Shown in pieces: positions 10,345 to 22,325 of a DNA stretch of 64,000 nucleotides; positions within the stretch are counted from its first letter, which is position 1; every line of letters begins with the position of its first letter. Source of the stretch: Adineta vaga (Eukaryota; Animalia; Rotifera); NCBI GenBank assembly GCA_021613535.1, contig CP075495.1:10850001-10914000 (forward strand). The letters are read 5' to 3'. The notes beneath the pieces were generated by a model, which saw only the letters and a list, made by a program, of their open reading frames with translations, had not been told where the DNA came from and did not search any database. The position numbers and the translations under genes are program-made.

Positions 10345-11860
10345 AGATTACAAAGTTGCTACTTTTTTTGTATTATTAATTTCATCGTAATCCTGAATTT
10401 TTGGAATAAATCAAAATCATTTTTCTATTTTAGTAATATATTTCTTGTTTTTTTTCTCGTTTCAACAGACATATGTCATATCTTGTTTGTCTTATTATTC
10501 GGAAAAAAAACTTGATACAAACATAGACAGAGAGAAAGAGGCGAAAGGAACGATACACACAATAGGAAAAAACGAAAGGAAAGAATATACTTGACACCGT
10601 GAAATACAAAAGACGAGAAAAAAAAGAAAGAATCAATGTATGAATCAGAATAATACCGATGTTGGAGTTGGAAAATAGACAAATTAGTCAATAGGAAAAG
10701 ACATAGACATACACAGATATAAAGAAATTTATGTTCAAAAGTCGAAATAAAAACGTACTCGTTCATACATGAATTTGTTAAACGAGTAAACTACAGAAGA
10801 TGATACTGTTCTTAGAAGAAGATATACAAGATGCACACACATACATAAATTTTGGATAGATATAATTCGACTTCACACGTTGTATGTTAAGGGTAAGAAC
10901 ATGAATAGATCTAAACACTGCTCGATAGGTTGACTAAAAGAAGACAAATAAACATACAGACAAATATTTTGTACAAAAAAAAGAAAACAAAGGTTGATAC
11001 GGATATGATCATCATCATAATTCAAATCGGACTGTTTGCTATGAATAACAAAAGATTACGAAGCAAGAAAAACAAACGCGATAGAGTCGATTTCTTTTTG
11101 AAAAGAAATAAAGTTTGACAATAAAATCCCTGAGGAATCAAAACAAACAAACAGTTTTTGAGGTAATTAGGAGAGAAGAAAATGCGCATGAAAACATCGA
11201 AGAATTTATAGAGAAAAAGAAATTAAAAGATGAAATAAAATAATAACAAAACAAAGAAAAAAGAAGAAGAAAAAAACTGAACAATCATGGCAAGTCAAAT
11301 CGTTCATTCGAAATGATGCAATTTGTTTTTCTGTACGAAACACTTTTCTTTTTATTTTTCGTTCAATTTCTCAAAGTAAAACAAAAAAAAATAAAGAATA
11401 TGATACCTGAAAGTTCCATTTAGGTATATAATTGATTTGTTTATTATCACTAATATGAAGGGATCGTTTTGTTTTTCTTCTTATTTGAACACAAAAGAAA
11501 GAAGGAGAGATTCAATAGACAAAAGAAAGTAGATGAGGTCTCTGCGAGGATAATCCTGTATGTACATAAAAATAGGAGTGTATAGGAAAAACTGCTAAGC
11601 AGATGAATCTTATATTTTCATTTTAGATAGTTGTTGATTTGGTTTTCAGTCTTCTATAAAGACATTCTGAGCAAATGTATAACACAACGATGATAATTCG
11701 TTTGTTTCGTGCTTTTTTTGACGTTTAAAACACCAGAAAGAGAAATAAAAAGAAATGTAGTTGCACTGTGAGCAGTAGATAAGAAAAGAAATTCCTGAAG
11801 AAAGTATGAGCGGTAAGACAGGAAAATATGACCTGTTCTTTGAAATGAAGATCATGATCA

Positions 11861-14800
11861 TTAAAATGAACAACCAGAAGAAATAAGAGTAGCAGGTGTA
11901 CTTGATGGTCGACTCATTGAATTTGGACTTGAATGATGATTAACATCAGTTTCATCAGGAGATGATGATGTTGATGTCGGTGGTGATAAAGATGATATAT
12001 CATTAGGATTAAGTGTTACAGTACCTGGATTATGACTATTAGAACGAACACCATTTCGATGACATGGTGTAGCAATTGATGATTGATGTTCATCTTCATC
12101 ATCTTCAATTGGACCACCTTCTTCATCACTTGTATAATCCATAGATTCTACTAATGTTTTATTATTTCCTCCATGTTGTTGCTGCTGTTGTTGTTGTTCT
12201 TTTTGATGATGTTGTAAAATTCTTCGAAGTATTGTTCGTGCATTTAGTAAGCTTTTTGTATCTGCAGAGGAATTTGTAGTTGATAATGGATGTTTGCTTG
12301 TTAAAAAATTTGTTAATTGATTATTCAATGAACTATGTGATTGAGTTTGTTGATGTTGTTGAAAAGCAATTGCTTTAAGCACAGCTAATGGTACACCCAT
12401 TGTTCGAAGTTCTTCATAACTTTTTTCATTCAATCCAATAAATTGTTCTTGTTGTTTAAATTTATTTTTTATTTCTTCATGATCATCATCTTCGTCTAAA
12501 TTAATACGTTCACCATTTGGTGGTAATTCAATTAATGTTCGCTCATCATCATCTTCATCTTCATCTTCACTATGCACCTCAGAAACAACAAGTGGCATGG
12601 AAACATCCATAGACATCTGATGTTCATTTTCATCCTCATCACCTTCATCATTTTTCGATTTAGTAGGAACATCTGGATTATTATTATTCACATCTTTTAA
12701 ACGTTCTTCATCTAACATTTGATAGAATTTCGAACGTTTTTTCGGTGGCATCTTACGTATACGTTCCATAAGATCATCAACATAACCACCAACTGAACTT
12801 AATGATAATTGTTGACGATCATCAATTTCAATATCATGATCATTTGCATTAATTTTATGTAAACGTTTTGCTGAAAATTTTGTACTATTTGCATTATAAC
12901 ACGATGATGTAGACATTTCCGATGTTATCGATGAACCTGATCCTGTTCGAATCGATGATGGTATCGATGGTGATAGACGATTATGTGGCAAACCTGATTC
13001 ATAACCACTTGATGCATTTGATGTTGACTAGAAATGAAAAGTTCAAGTTTCGATTAAAATAAATTTCACATAGAAACAAAGAAGCTTCTTATTCATACCG
13101 AATCTTTTCTTGGTGGAGCATATTCATCACTTTCATCATCACTTGGTCCACCATGACTTGTTGTTGACGAAAAACCACTTGAACGTCTTCGATAATTATG
13201 ATATGCAGCTGTAACCATATCAATTTGTTGTTGTGCAGTTAATGTTGTTGAATTATTTGGATTAATTCTTTGCCTTATCATACATGTAGGCGGTAGTGAA
13301 CCGGTTGCAGTATTCGGATATGAAGCACGCATCAATTTATAACGTGGATCATTTCTGTAACTATGTGGTTCATCATGAGAATTAGTTCCTGATGTTATTG
13401 TAGCTGGTATTGATGATGAAGGTAAAGATGATGTTGATGATAAGAGTTTTAATGTTTCAGGATTAAGATATGTTGGTATTTTATTATGATTTCCATTCGG
13501 TGATGAATTGGAACGATTGATATAATTTTGAAGTTCATTCATAGCATTGACTCCTGGTTGTGGTGGTGGTAGCGGTGGAGGAGGAGGAGGTGGTGGTGGC
13601 GGTGGCGGGGGTTGTTGTTGATGATGATACTGTTGTTGAGCATGAGCAGCAGCTTGTACAGCAGCATGCCATAGTTTCGTTTGAGCTAATAGTTTATTTT
13701 GAGCAGCTACAGCAGCTGCTGAAGAATAGGCTGGTGGTGAACTAACACGACGTTGTAATGATGGTGATAAAGAATTGATATCAGCATTAACACGTGTAGA
13801 TGATGAAGATGAAGGATGTGGTATATAAGGTAAACGTTGTTGTTGCTGTTGTTGATTAATCATCATTTTATTTGCAACAGATGAATGTGGATGGCGACCA
13901 TTATATTGTGATTGTTGTTGTTGTTGTCGATATGAAGATAAAAGCCATTCAGCATGCTGCTGCTGCTGTTGTTGTTGTTGCTGTTGCTGCTGCTGTTGCT
14001 GTTGTTTATATCTATCTGCACCTAATGCAACTTTTTTTGGAATCGGAAGTCCTGTATCATGAGCAAATGCTGATGAAGATTGTGTTGGTCGATGTGAAAT
14101 TGGTGATGATTGTGAAGGTGTTGCGGTCGTCGATGATAATGTTTGTTGTTTATGTTTGTTTATCATTGCTGCTGCTTGAGAATTTAAAAATGCACGATAA
14201 GCTGCTGGATCTGTAACACCAGCTGACATCATAGCAGCAGCGACAGATAATTGATTAAGTGTAGACGAATTATTTCCTTGGTTATGTTCATTGAGACGAG
14301 CTGATTTTGGTAAAGATGTTGCTATTATTGATGACTGTCGATGGTAATTGTTTGACATACTAACAAGTGGTTGTGATGATGTTGATGTCGGAGAATTTCG
14401 CTCTTGAGATAAAGATAATGTCGATGGTGATGATGTTGAATTAACATTTGAAACAGCCGCAACGGCTGCTGCAGCTTGAGATGCAAGTGCTGCGGCCGCT
14501 GCTGCTCGTTTGCGTTTGAGACTATATTTCTTATAGGGTGAATTATTTTTAAATGATGGATTTATTGTCCATACATATTTAACAGGACCTTTCGATATTG
14601 ATGATATAATAGGTACTCGAATAAATTGATTGTGTAATGATAAATTATGTCGAATAGAATTCTATTTTGCAAATAAGGAAGAAAAACAAAACAAATTAAT
14701 TTAAAAATATAATCTTATAGATTAACTCCTGACTTAATTAAGTTAATACTATGGAATATCACGGAAAAAATCTTCATAAAGTATTATCCAGGGGCATGCA

Positions 14801-15572
14801 TTTTTTTTATAACTGAAAAACTATATAATTAGTCGTTCGAATGAGTTCTTTTCCTCGAGAAAAATCTTCATCAATTTTTGTTTGTTTACGTTTTTCTTTC
14901 GCAGAAAATATGATATCATCAATTATTTACCTTCCAACCCCAACTTGTTTTTGCATCAATTTTATCTTTGAAATACGGTACAAATTTTATAATCCATTCA
15001 TAAACTTCATTTAATGTTAATCGCTTCCATGGACTACTATCGATAGCACGTGTAATCAATTGAGCATAAGATAGATTACCCCATGGATTACGATAGGTTT
15101 TATTGATACCAATACCTAATTCTTGTATAACAGATTTCGCTAGACGTTTATCATATTCAACAAGTATATCACGTTTTTCTTTTCGATGGCGTGGCCATGT
15201 ATTGAAACGTAAACGATCACGGTGAACATTATTAGTACCAGTTGAATCAAGAAATGAACTACTATGTGATAAACGACGATGAGTTTTACGAAGTGATGTG
15301 TTTGTTGCTGTTATTGTTGACGACGACGATGATGATGATGAAGATGATGTTGTTGGTTGTGGTCCTTGAAGATGATTATTCAATGAAATTGATGATGTTG
15401 GTGAAGGCGAGGGTGAACGAGTTCGATGATACATTGTATCTGATGGCGATTCAACAATTAATGAGGAATAATCGTCAGTTCTTGACGGAATAAAATGATG
15501 AGGAGAGACATCATCTTCGTTGTCATCATCAACAACGAGTGAAATGTCAATTGGATGACGAGAACGATGCAT
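11861..15572 (-). CDS. FOXO: Forkhead box O transcription factor (~1123 aa)
   Basis: Exons 15572-14931, 14661-13099 and 13027-11861. Forkhead domain RNPWGNLSYAQLI..KRLTLNEVYEW..WGWK/NSIRHNLSLH; N-terminal Akt/14-3-3 site RLRFNTWP; polyQ, polyP and polyS tracts. Confidence 0.9.
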
Positions 15573-18500
15573 GGTCGGCACTGCTTACTATCTGACCATT
15601 TGGCCGTCAATGACTACTAACTTACAAAGCATCTGGAAAAAAAATCAAGAAGAAAGTCAACAAAGAAAGAAAGAATTCTTTTCTCATGAGAACCATCTGT
15701 TCAATATATATATATATATATTTGTATGACAATGCATTGGTAATATGTGTTGCTTGAAAAATAGAACTCAGTTCTTATTACGTAAGAACCATTTTTTTTT
15801 CAAAACGGAGAGTTCAACATCGGTGGGTATCTTAAAATGAATATAATATAAAAATGTCATTTTTAACTGTACTATTGGCACAGAAGAGAAAAAGAAGAAA
15901 CGAGGAAAAAAATGCTGACCCTTTTACCTTCTCTCGCTCTCTTACGCGGGCGCGCAGTTTTTTCTTTTTTTTTTCTTCTTTTATATCATATACATGGAAA
16001 CGATGAGAGAAGCAAAAACACTACTATATTGAGCATCGACCGATGATGCATTCCTCGAACCAGTGTGCTCATGCATACGTCACTAAAGATTCTTTTCTCG
16101 TATTTTTTTGCACGCGTCGTTCATACAATGCGGCCAAAACAAAGGAAAGCGCGACCTCCTTCTCGTACTCTCTTTCTCTTTCTCTCTGTCTATATATATG
16201 TATATATACGCAACAAAAGTCATCTCGATTTTTTTTACTAGAGCGATAAGCCTGACCGCAAAAGTTTATAACAAAGTATTACATGGCGTCAGAGCAACAA
16301 GAAAAGAGAAGGAATTGATTTTACCTATAACATAATAAACGTTGCAAAAATACCTCGATGAATGAATGCATGAGGAAAAAGAGAAGTACAAAAAAAAAGG
16401 TTAAAGATAAAGTAAAACGATGATAAATTCATGGAATGCACAACGTATGGGATACGTATGTGAACGAAATAGGAGACATCAGAAGTATCTACACATTCTT
16501 TGAGTTGTACGTTTGAAATGAATGAAAAAAATCCTATACAATACATTCTTTCTGTTATTCTAACATTCAAAGCACGTCTCTCTTTCTCCCTTCCCACCCT
16601 CTCTCTCTCTCTTTCTGTCTCTCTTCATCTCCCTCTTCATTCAGCAGCAGCAGCAGCAACAGCCTAGAGAAGAAATAAACAAATATAACTGCATTACGTA
16701 GACAAACGTACAATATCTGTTTTCGAGTCCATTTGCACATGAAATGATGAAAAAAACTAATAACAATTCAATGTTATATCTTTACGAGATCTAATACAAA
16801 ACAAAACGATTTTAAATCTCATTTTAACTTATCTCAAGGTCTTGTAATTACATACCTGTGCATATCTAATTAATGAAATAAAATTATGCAAACGAAAACG
16901 GAAAAATGCAATCTCGGACAGCACAACACCTTATCATTCATTGCATGATATTTGTTTATTTTGCTCGTATATGTACATATATGGATATGTATGTGATGCT
17001 TTGTCGAAAGGGCATAGTATGTGCGCAAGAGCGAAGAGAAACCATCACCATCATACATCCTATCCCAGTGGCCACAAGTACAAGGCTCTTTTTTTCTTTT
17101 TCTTTGCGCAATTTTGTCACATTATCGTTGTCGTTTCTCGACCAAACGCATGCACTCTTTTTCTCTTCCACACATATACATACATACATTCATACATCAG
17201 ATGCGTACAAGAAGGCTCTTTGAGCAGAACAGAAATCTTTTTCTTTTTTTCTCTTACACCGTATATATATATATATATATGTATATGTATACGTATTGAA
17301 GATGGAGAAAAAATAGCTGCTGGGCGCAAAAGGCGAACAAGGTTGTCAATATTACGTAACAACGACGTGTGGGCGCGTGTATATACGCAAGCGAGCGTTC
17401 TGTTTTTATTATTGACATAATATGTTGCGATGCGGGATGTATACACGTTCTTCTATTTTCTTGTTTCTATCGTAAAATACATACGCTGACTTTCTACTAT
17501 AACGTACTATCAACTACCAATTGAGAATAGAAATAACTAACTTATTAGGATATGAAAGAGAAAAGAAAAGGCGCATAAATGGAATTTTGATGACACGTCA
17601 TTAATGTATTCCTAAGTAATCAGTTGATCGTAAAAAGAAAAGAAAAAAAATTGTTTGTAATGAGTTAATTTCATTCATTTATTCATTTTTCTTTTTTAGA
17701 AAAAGGAATAACAATTATTATATGGCTATGAGAAAAAATTTATAAAGATTAAATTGTAGCTATTTTCAATTAATAACACCGATGAAAATATAGATAGATC
17801 AATATCGTACAGAGTAAAAAAAGACAGAGAAGTTCGTTATTTCGAATCATGAATACTTACCTATGAGTAGTAATAAATAATTGCTGAAAAAAGAAAATGA
17901 ATCAATGACAATAATTGCATATTAATAACTAATTTAATCGAAACAAAGAGAAAAACAACTTTTCATTTGGAGCGTAACTAAGTAAATAATATTAATAATG
18001 TGTCATGTTTTTCTTTATGTTGAATTCTAAACAGCGAAAGACAAAGAGAAAAAGAAAAGGAAGCGTTATTACAAAAGAATGTCACTGATGAAAATGTCAT
18101 GAAAAATCTCTTCGTAATTGAACATGTTTAAGTAAGCGTTGAGAAAAAAAGATTATTATTTTTCTGACAACAGTTGTCAGTGACAAAGAAAAGTAATTCA
18201 AGTGTACAAACTCTTACCTCTTGCGTTTTTTTCCTACTTATTATCATTACACAACAGGTGAACTATATGCAAGTAAAAGAAAAAAAAGCCCAGATCCAAG
18301 GTGAACAACAAAATCAAAAGAGAAAAAAATCTTTTCTATTCTCTACCCTCTCTTACTTGCCCTTTTTTTCCTCCATGTGTATGTGTATGTTTTACCAATA
18401 GATCAATCTTCAATTAGTATTACATCATCTCCAACGGCTTCGCAATTGAATTTAATATACATAAAATTAAATTCAAATAAAAAGAAAAAAAGTAAAAAAA

Positions 18501-21012
18501 GAAAGTCAATGTCATCCCGATATATGTTCGAGATATGAATCGTATCTTATAAATGTTCGTTGATCGATATATGTGTGTACGTAAAGAATGTATATGAACG
18601 ATAAACAAGTAGGAAAAAAAATCTAACTGATGTTGTTTATGTTCATGTACACGTACATACATGCCTTCATTAAGTCAACCTTCGAACTTGATGTAATGCC
18701 TTTTTTCTCTCTCCCTTCTCTCTCTCTTCCTCTCGTGCGCGCGCTTTCTTCTATCTTTCTCGCGTCCCGTCCTATATGCAAGGTCATCAACTATGAAAAA
18801 AGATGATAAACATATTCTAAGATAACTTGTTGATGTTACATAATAATGTATGGATGAAATGCAAAACTGTTCTCTTTCATTGCGTGTCCTTTTGATTCCT
18901 CATTTTCCTAAGAAAATAGTCTTTTTACATCACGCATCTACAGAACGAAGAATAACTATAATCCTTTTTCTTTATCGACACTCTATGTGGATATATGTTT
19001 TTATCTATAAACAATTTTCGAACTAAGATTATTTACTTCCGGTTTCCCTCTTTCTTTTTCTACTAAGTAGGAAAACTTTCATTTTAACAGATTATTCGAT
19101 TATGAATAAATAGAAATTGATATTGTACTTCATTCATTTCTTTTTCTCCTAACAGAAAAATACATGAAAATTAATTATACTTATGACTGATACTACAAAA
19201 TAATCAGCAAAAAAATTCGATACATTCATGTACTTTTAAGTCAACAGATTGAATCAATATTATATTAAAAGTTAATAGAAGAGGTGCATATTGCACAAAA
19301 CGAACAATGATAAAACAAGTCACTCTATCTCTCATCCAAAACATGTGCGACCTTCATCAATTGCCTTGAATTTCTTTACATAGACAAGAAAAACGAGAGG
19401 AAAAGAGAGAGAGAACTTCGCATTTCGGTCAAGGTCGCTTCAACTTGTTGAATTTCGGGAATCTCATTGTTCTTCATCGTTTTCACAAGGTTAAACTCTC
19501 TTTAGACGTATACATACATACATACAACATAACGACGATCAATCAACCTTCAATGTAGCAGTAACATCAACAACGTCGACGATAACGAAGCTTTCAAGGC
19601 TCGATTATACTCTTACTATTATTCATTGTTGATGCTGGTATTTTCTTCTTTTCTTGCTTTTCCGCCATAGCGTAATGATGTGTGTTCAAGAACAAATATT
19701 GCCTTCTTCTGTATTCTTTATCGTTTTTCTCGTCAGTTTTTTTCTTTTTCTCTCTTTCTCTTTCCTTCATTCTTTCTTTTTCTTGCTCAAAAATATACAA
19801 ATGCAATCAACAACGAAAGATGACAATGACTATGAGAAATGACGCAATCGAATGTTCTTTCTTTTCTTCTTCTTATGATTGAATCAGTGAACGAATATAT
19901 AAAAAGAAAAAAAAAGAGAAAAGAACTTATCGATCGAGTGCGACTCAAGGTTGTACTATATGTGCCTATGTATGTAAGAACCTTGAACATCTGTTCGAAC
20001 TGGTCGTTGTCGTTTTTAATAGGATATTACTTCCATTTGCAAAACAGTATATTCTTTTTTACATTCTCTCTCTCTCTTTCATTCGTTTTACTGGAGATAC
20101 GTTTACTTTGATTATAGAGAAGTAATTTTTTGCTTTTTTCTCTTTTTTCTCTCTCATTCAAGCTACTATTCAAACACACATTTACGCATATATACAAATG
20201 CAGAAATAACCCTGAACGGACCTTGAACTGTAATGTTGGTGGAAGGGACACCAGATAACTAAGTAAAGAGCGAAGGAGAAAAGGAAAGAAAAAGGTGCTT
20301 GACATACTCTTTACTTCTTCTTCTTCATCTTGATTCAATGCAAAAACAGAAGAAAGAGAAGAAGAAGCCTGTTGTAAACAAGAAAAGAAATTAAAATACG
20401 TGTAAATGTAATAATAAAAAAAGAACTCTTGCAAATGATAACATCATCAATCATATACATATGTTCAAAAAAAATGAACAAGGAAGGTTAATAAAACGAC
20501 TTACCTAACATTCAATCATTTTCCTTTGATTTTTTCGTTGAATTGATGAACATGAAATGTTGAACGTTCATCAACGATCGAATTGCTTGCAATTTTTCCT
20601 TATCTTGTTATGTTCATTATATAAGATGATCATATCAGAAGAAAACATACATACATCTACGAAATATTCATAGTTCACAGTTCAAGGGTATATTTTTGAT
20701 GAGAGATAGATTTCTTTCTAGAAAAATAATTAATTTCATTAAAAAATATTCTAAAAAAAACGGAAGCAAACAATTTCTAAAGTGCGTATAAATAAAATGC
20801 ACCCTTACTTCTTGACATTTTTTTTTGTTTGATAATAAAACAAAAGTTCAGGAAGTTGCTTTAGAGTTGATCGATAAAAATATTTATTCTCAAACAAAAT
20901 TCATTAATCTGTTGTCTTTTATCGAAATCTGATAGAACAAGATAAAAGAATGATTTGAAAAGTTTTCGTCGAGATTTTATTAAAACTTCGATAATCTTGA
21001 TTAATAATCTTT

Positions 21013-21516
21013 TCAATTTGATCTGTTTTTTTGTAAATTTTTACAATTATCTTTCGGACATTTAAACCAAATTTCACGAGTAAGCAATGTTCTATTATTC
21101 ATTGGAAGTTTTGTAGCCATAATGATTACATTTGGCGAGACTTTTTCGAACTCAAATGAAGATAAATCGTATGTTTTTGATGATTGACCACTTTTAACAT
21201 CTAAGAGTTGATTTCGTTCACTTAAACATGTTCCATTACATTGAACAGATTCACTAGCTTTCTTACAAGTTATCAAAGATGAATCGGAGGACATGAGAAG
21301 TTCCATTAATCGTTGTTGCATTTTAGTATAATCGTGTATCAATATTTGTTTGATTGATTGTCGTTGTTTCCTGAATATAATCATATTTCTCGATCAATGA
21401 TCGTTTTCGATCATCATAGTATTCTGATCCAAATGACAATTGTCTAAACAATTAAGAGGACTGTGTGTTCCACTGATTATCGTAAACAAAAATAGTGAAA
21501 TGAAAATTGCAGTCAT
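21013..21516 (-). CDS. Putative secreted Cys-containing protein with an in-frame TGA at codon 41 (nonsense allele, pseudogene or recoding)
   Basis: Signal-peptide-like MTAIFISLFLFTIISG is in frame with ORF 21013-21384. A single TGA lies at 21394-21396. Confidence 0.5.
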
Positions 21517-22325
21517 TGCATATGACAACAAACTAGAAGCGATTTTGAGATTATACATATACATGTATGTTATCTTTTGAAATGATGATGTGAATTAGAA
21601 CAGCTAATTCTATATTCATGATTCATTTTGACTACATGGACAAAAGATTTTTGAAAAAAAACACGAACAGTAGACATTAGTTTAGTTGTTCTCTCTTAGT
21701 AAACAAATTTCGCAGCATAGATTATTGCGTACTTGAAGATTAAAATAGATATTCAAGTAATAATCCAGCTGTTTAATACTAAAGATAGATACACTCAGAA
21801 ATACGTCTCTTCAGATAAATATAAATTAGGATTGTTGAATATCAGTATTTATACTCAACAGATGTTTAAAGAAGAAAATAATGGATTTAATTAGATTTAG
21901 AAATAGTCATCATTACTGTGCCTTTTCTCGTTATGATAATTGAAATATGAGAAAGTATAAATCTATTTTGGAAATAGTTTTGAAGAGACAAACAGAGAAT
22001 ACATAATAGGAGTAAAAGATCATCGAAATCGAATAGGAAATTTCACGGATATTCTTGTAATTGAATTATATCGTCTTCTGTTTTATTCTAATGCTGATGA
22101 AACTATAATAAAATATGATTGAACACAGGAAAACTAACAATTCGTTTTCTCTATACGAAAGACATGAAAAATGCAATACTACTAGAAAAAGTTAACAGCA
22201 TATGAATGATCGACAGAGAATAGTAGATAAAATGCGAGATTAAAAAACAAACAAAATATATGTTATTCAAACTCATCGAAATGATAAATTTGGTCTATTT
22301 GATAGCCATATGAATATGCACGAAG

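Noticed and set aside
13560-15493. Plus-strand Val/Met-rich ORFs
   Set aside because: Antisense shadows of the FoxO low-complexity codons.
1982-15572. MT cluster and FoxO as a linked regulon
   Set aside because: Proximity only. No convincing FoxO sites were seen in the MT promoters.
16043-20434. Many short overlapping Phe/Lys-rich ORFs
   Set aside because: They arise from poly-A/T, (TA)n and (GA)n tracts in non-coding DNA upstream of FoxO.
14882-21706. FoxO-binding elements (TTGTTTAC/GTAAACAA) at ~14882, 20374, 21482 and 21699 suggesting autoregulation
   Set aside because: An AT-rich 8-mer that is expected several times by chance in a window of this composition.
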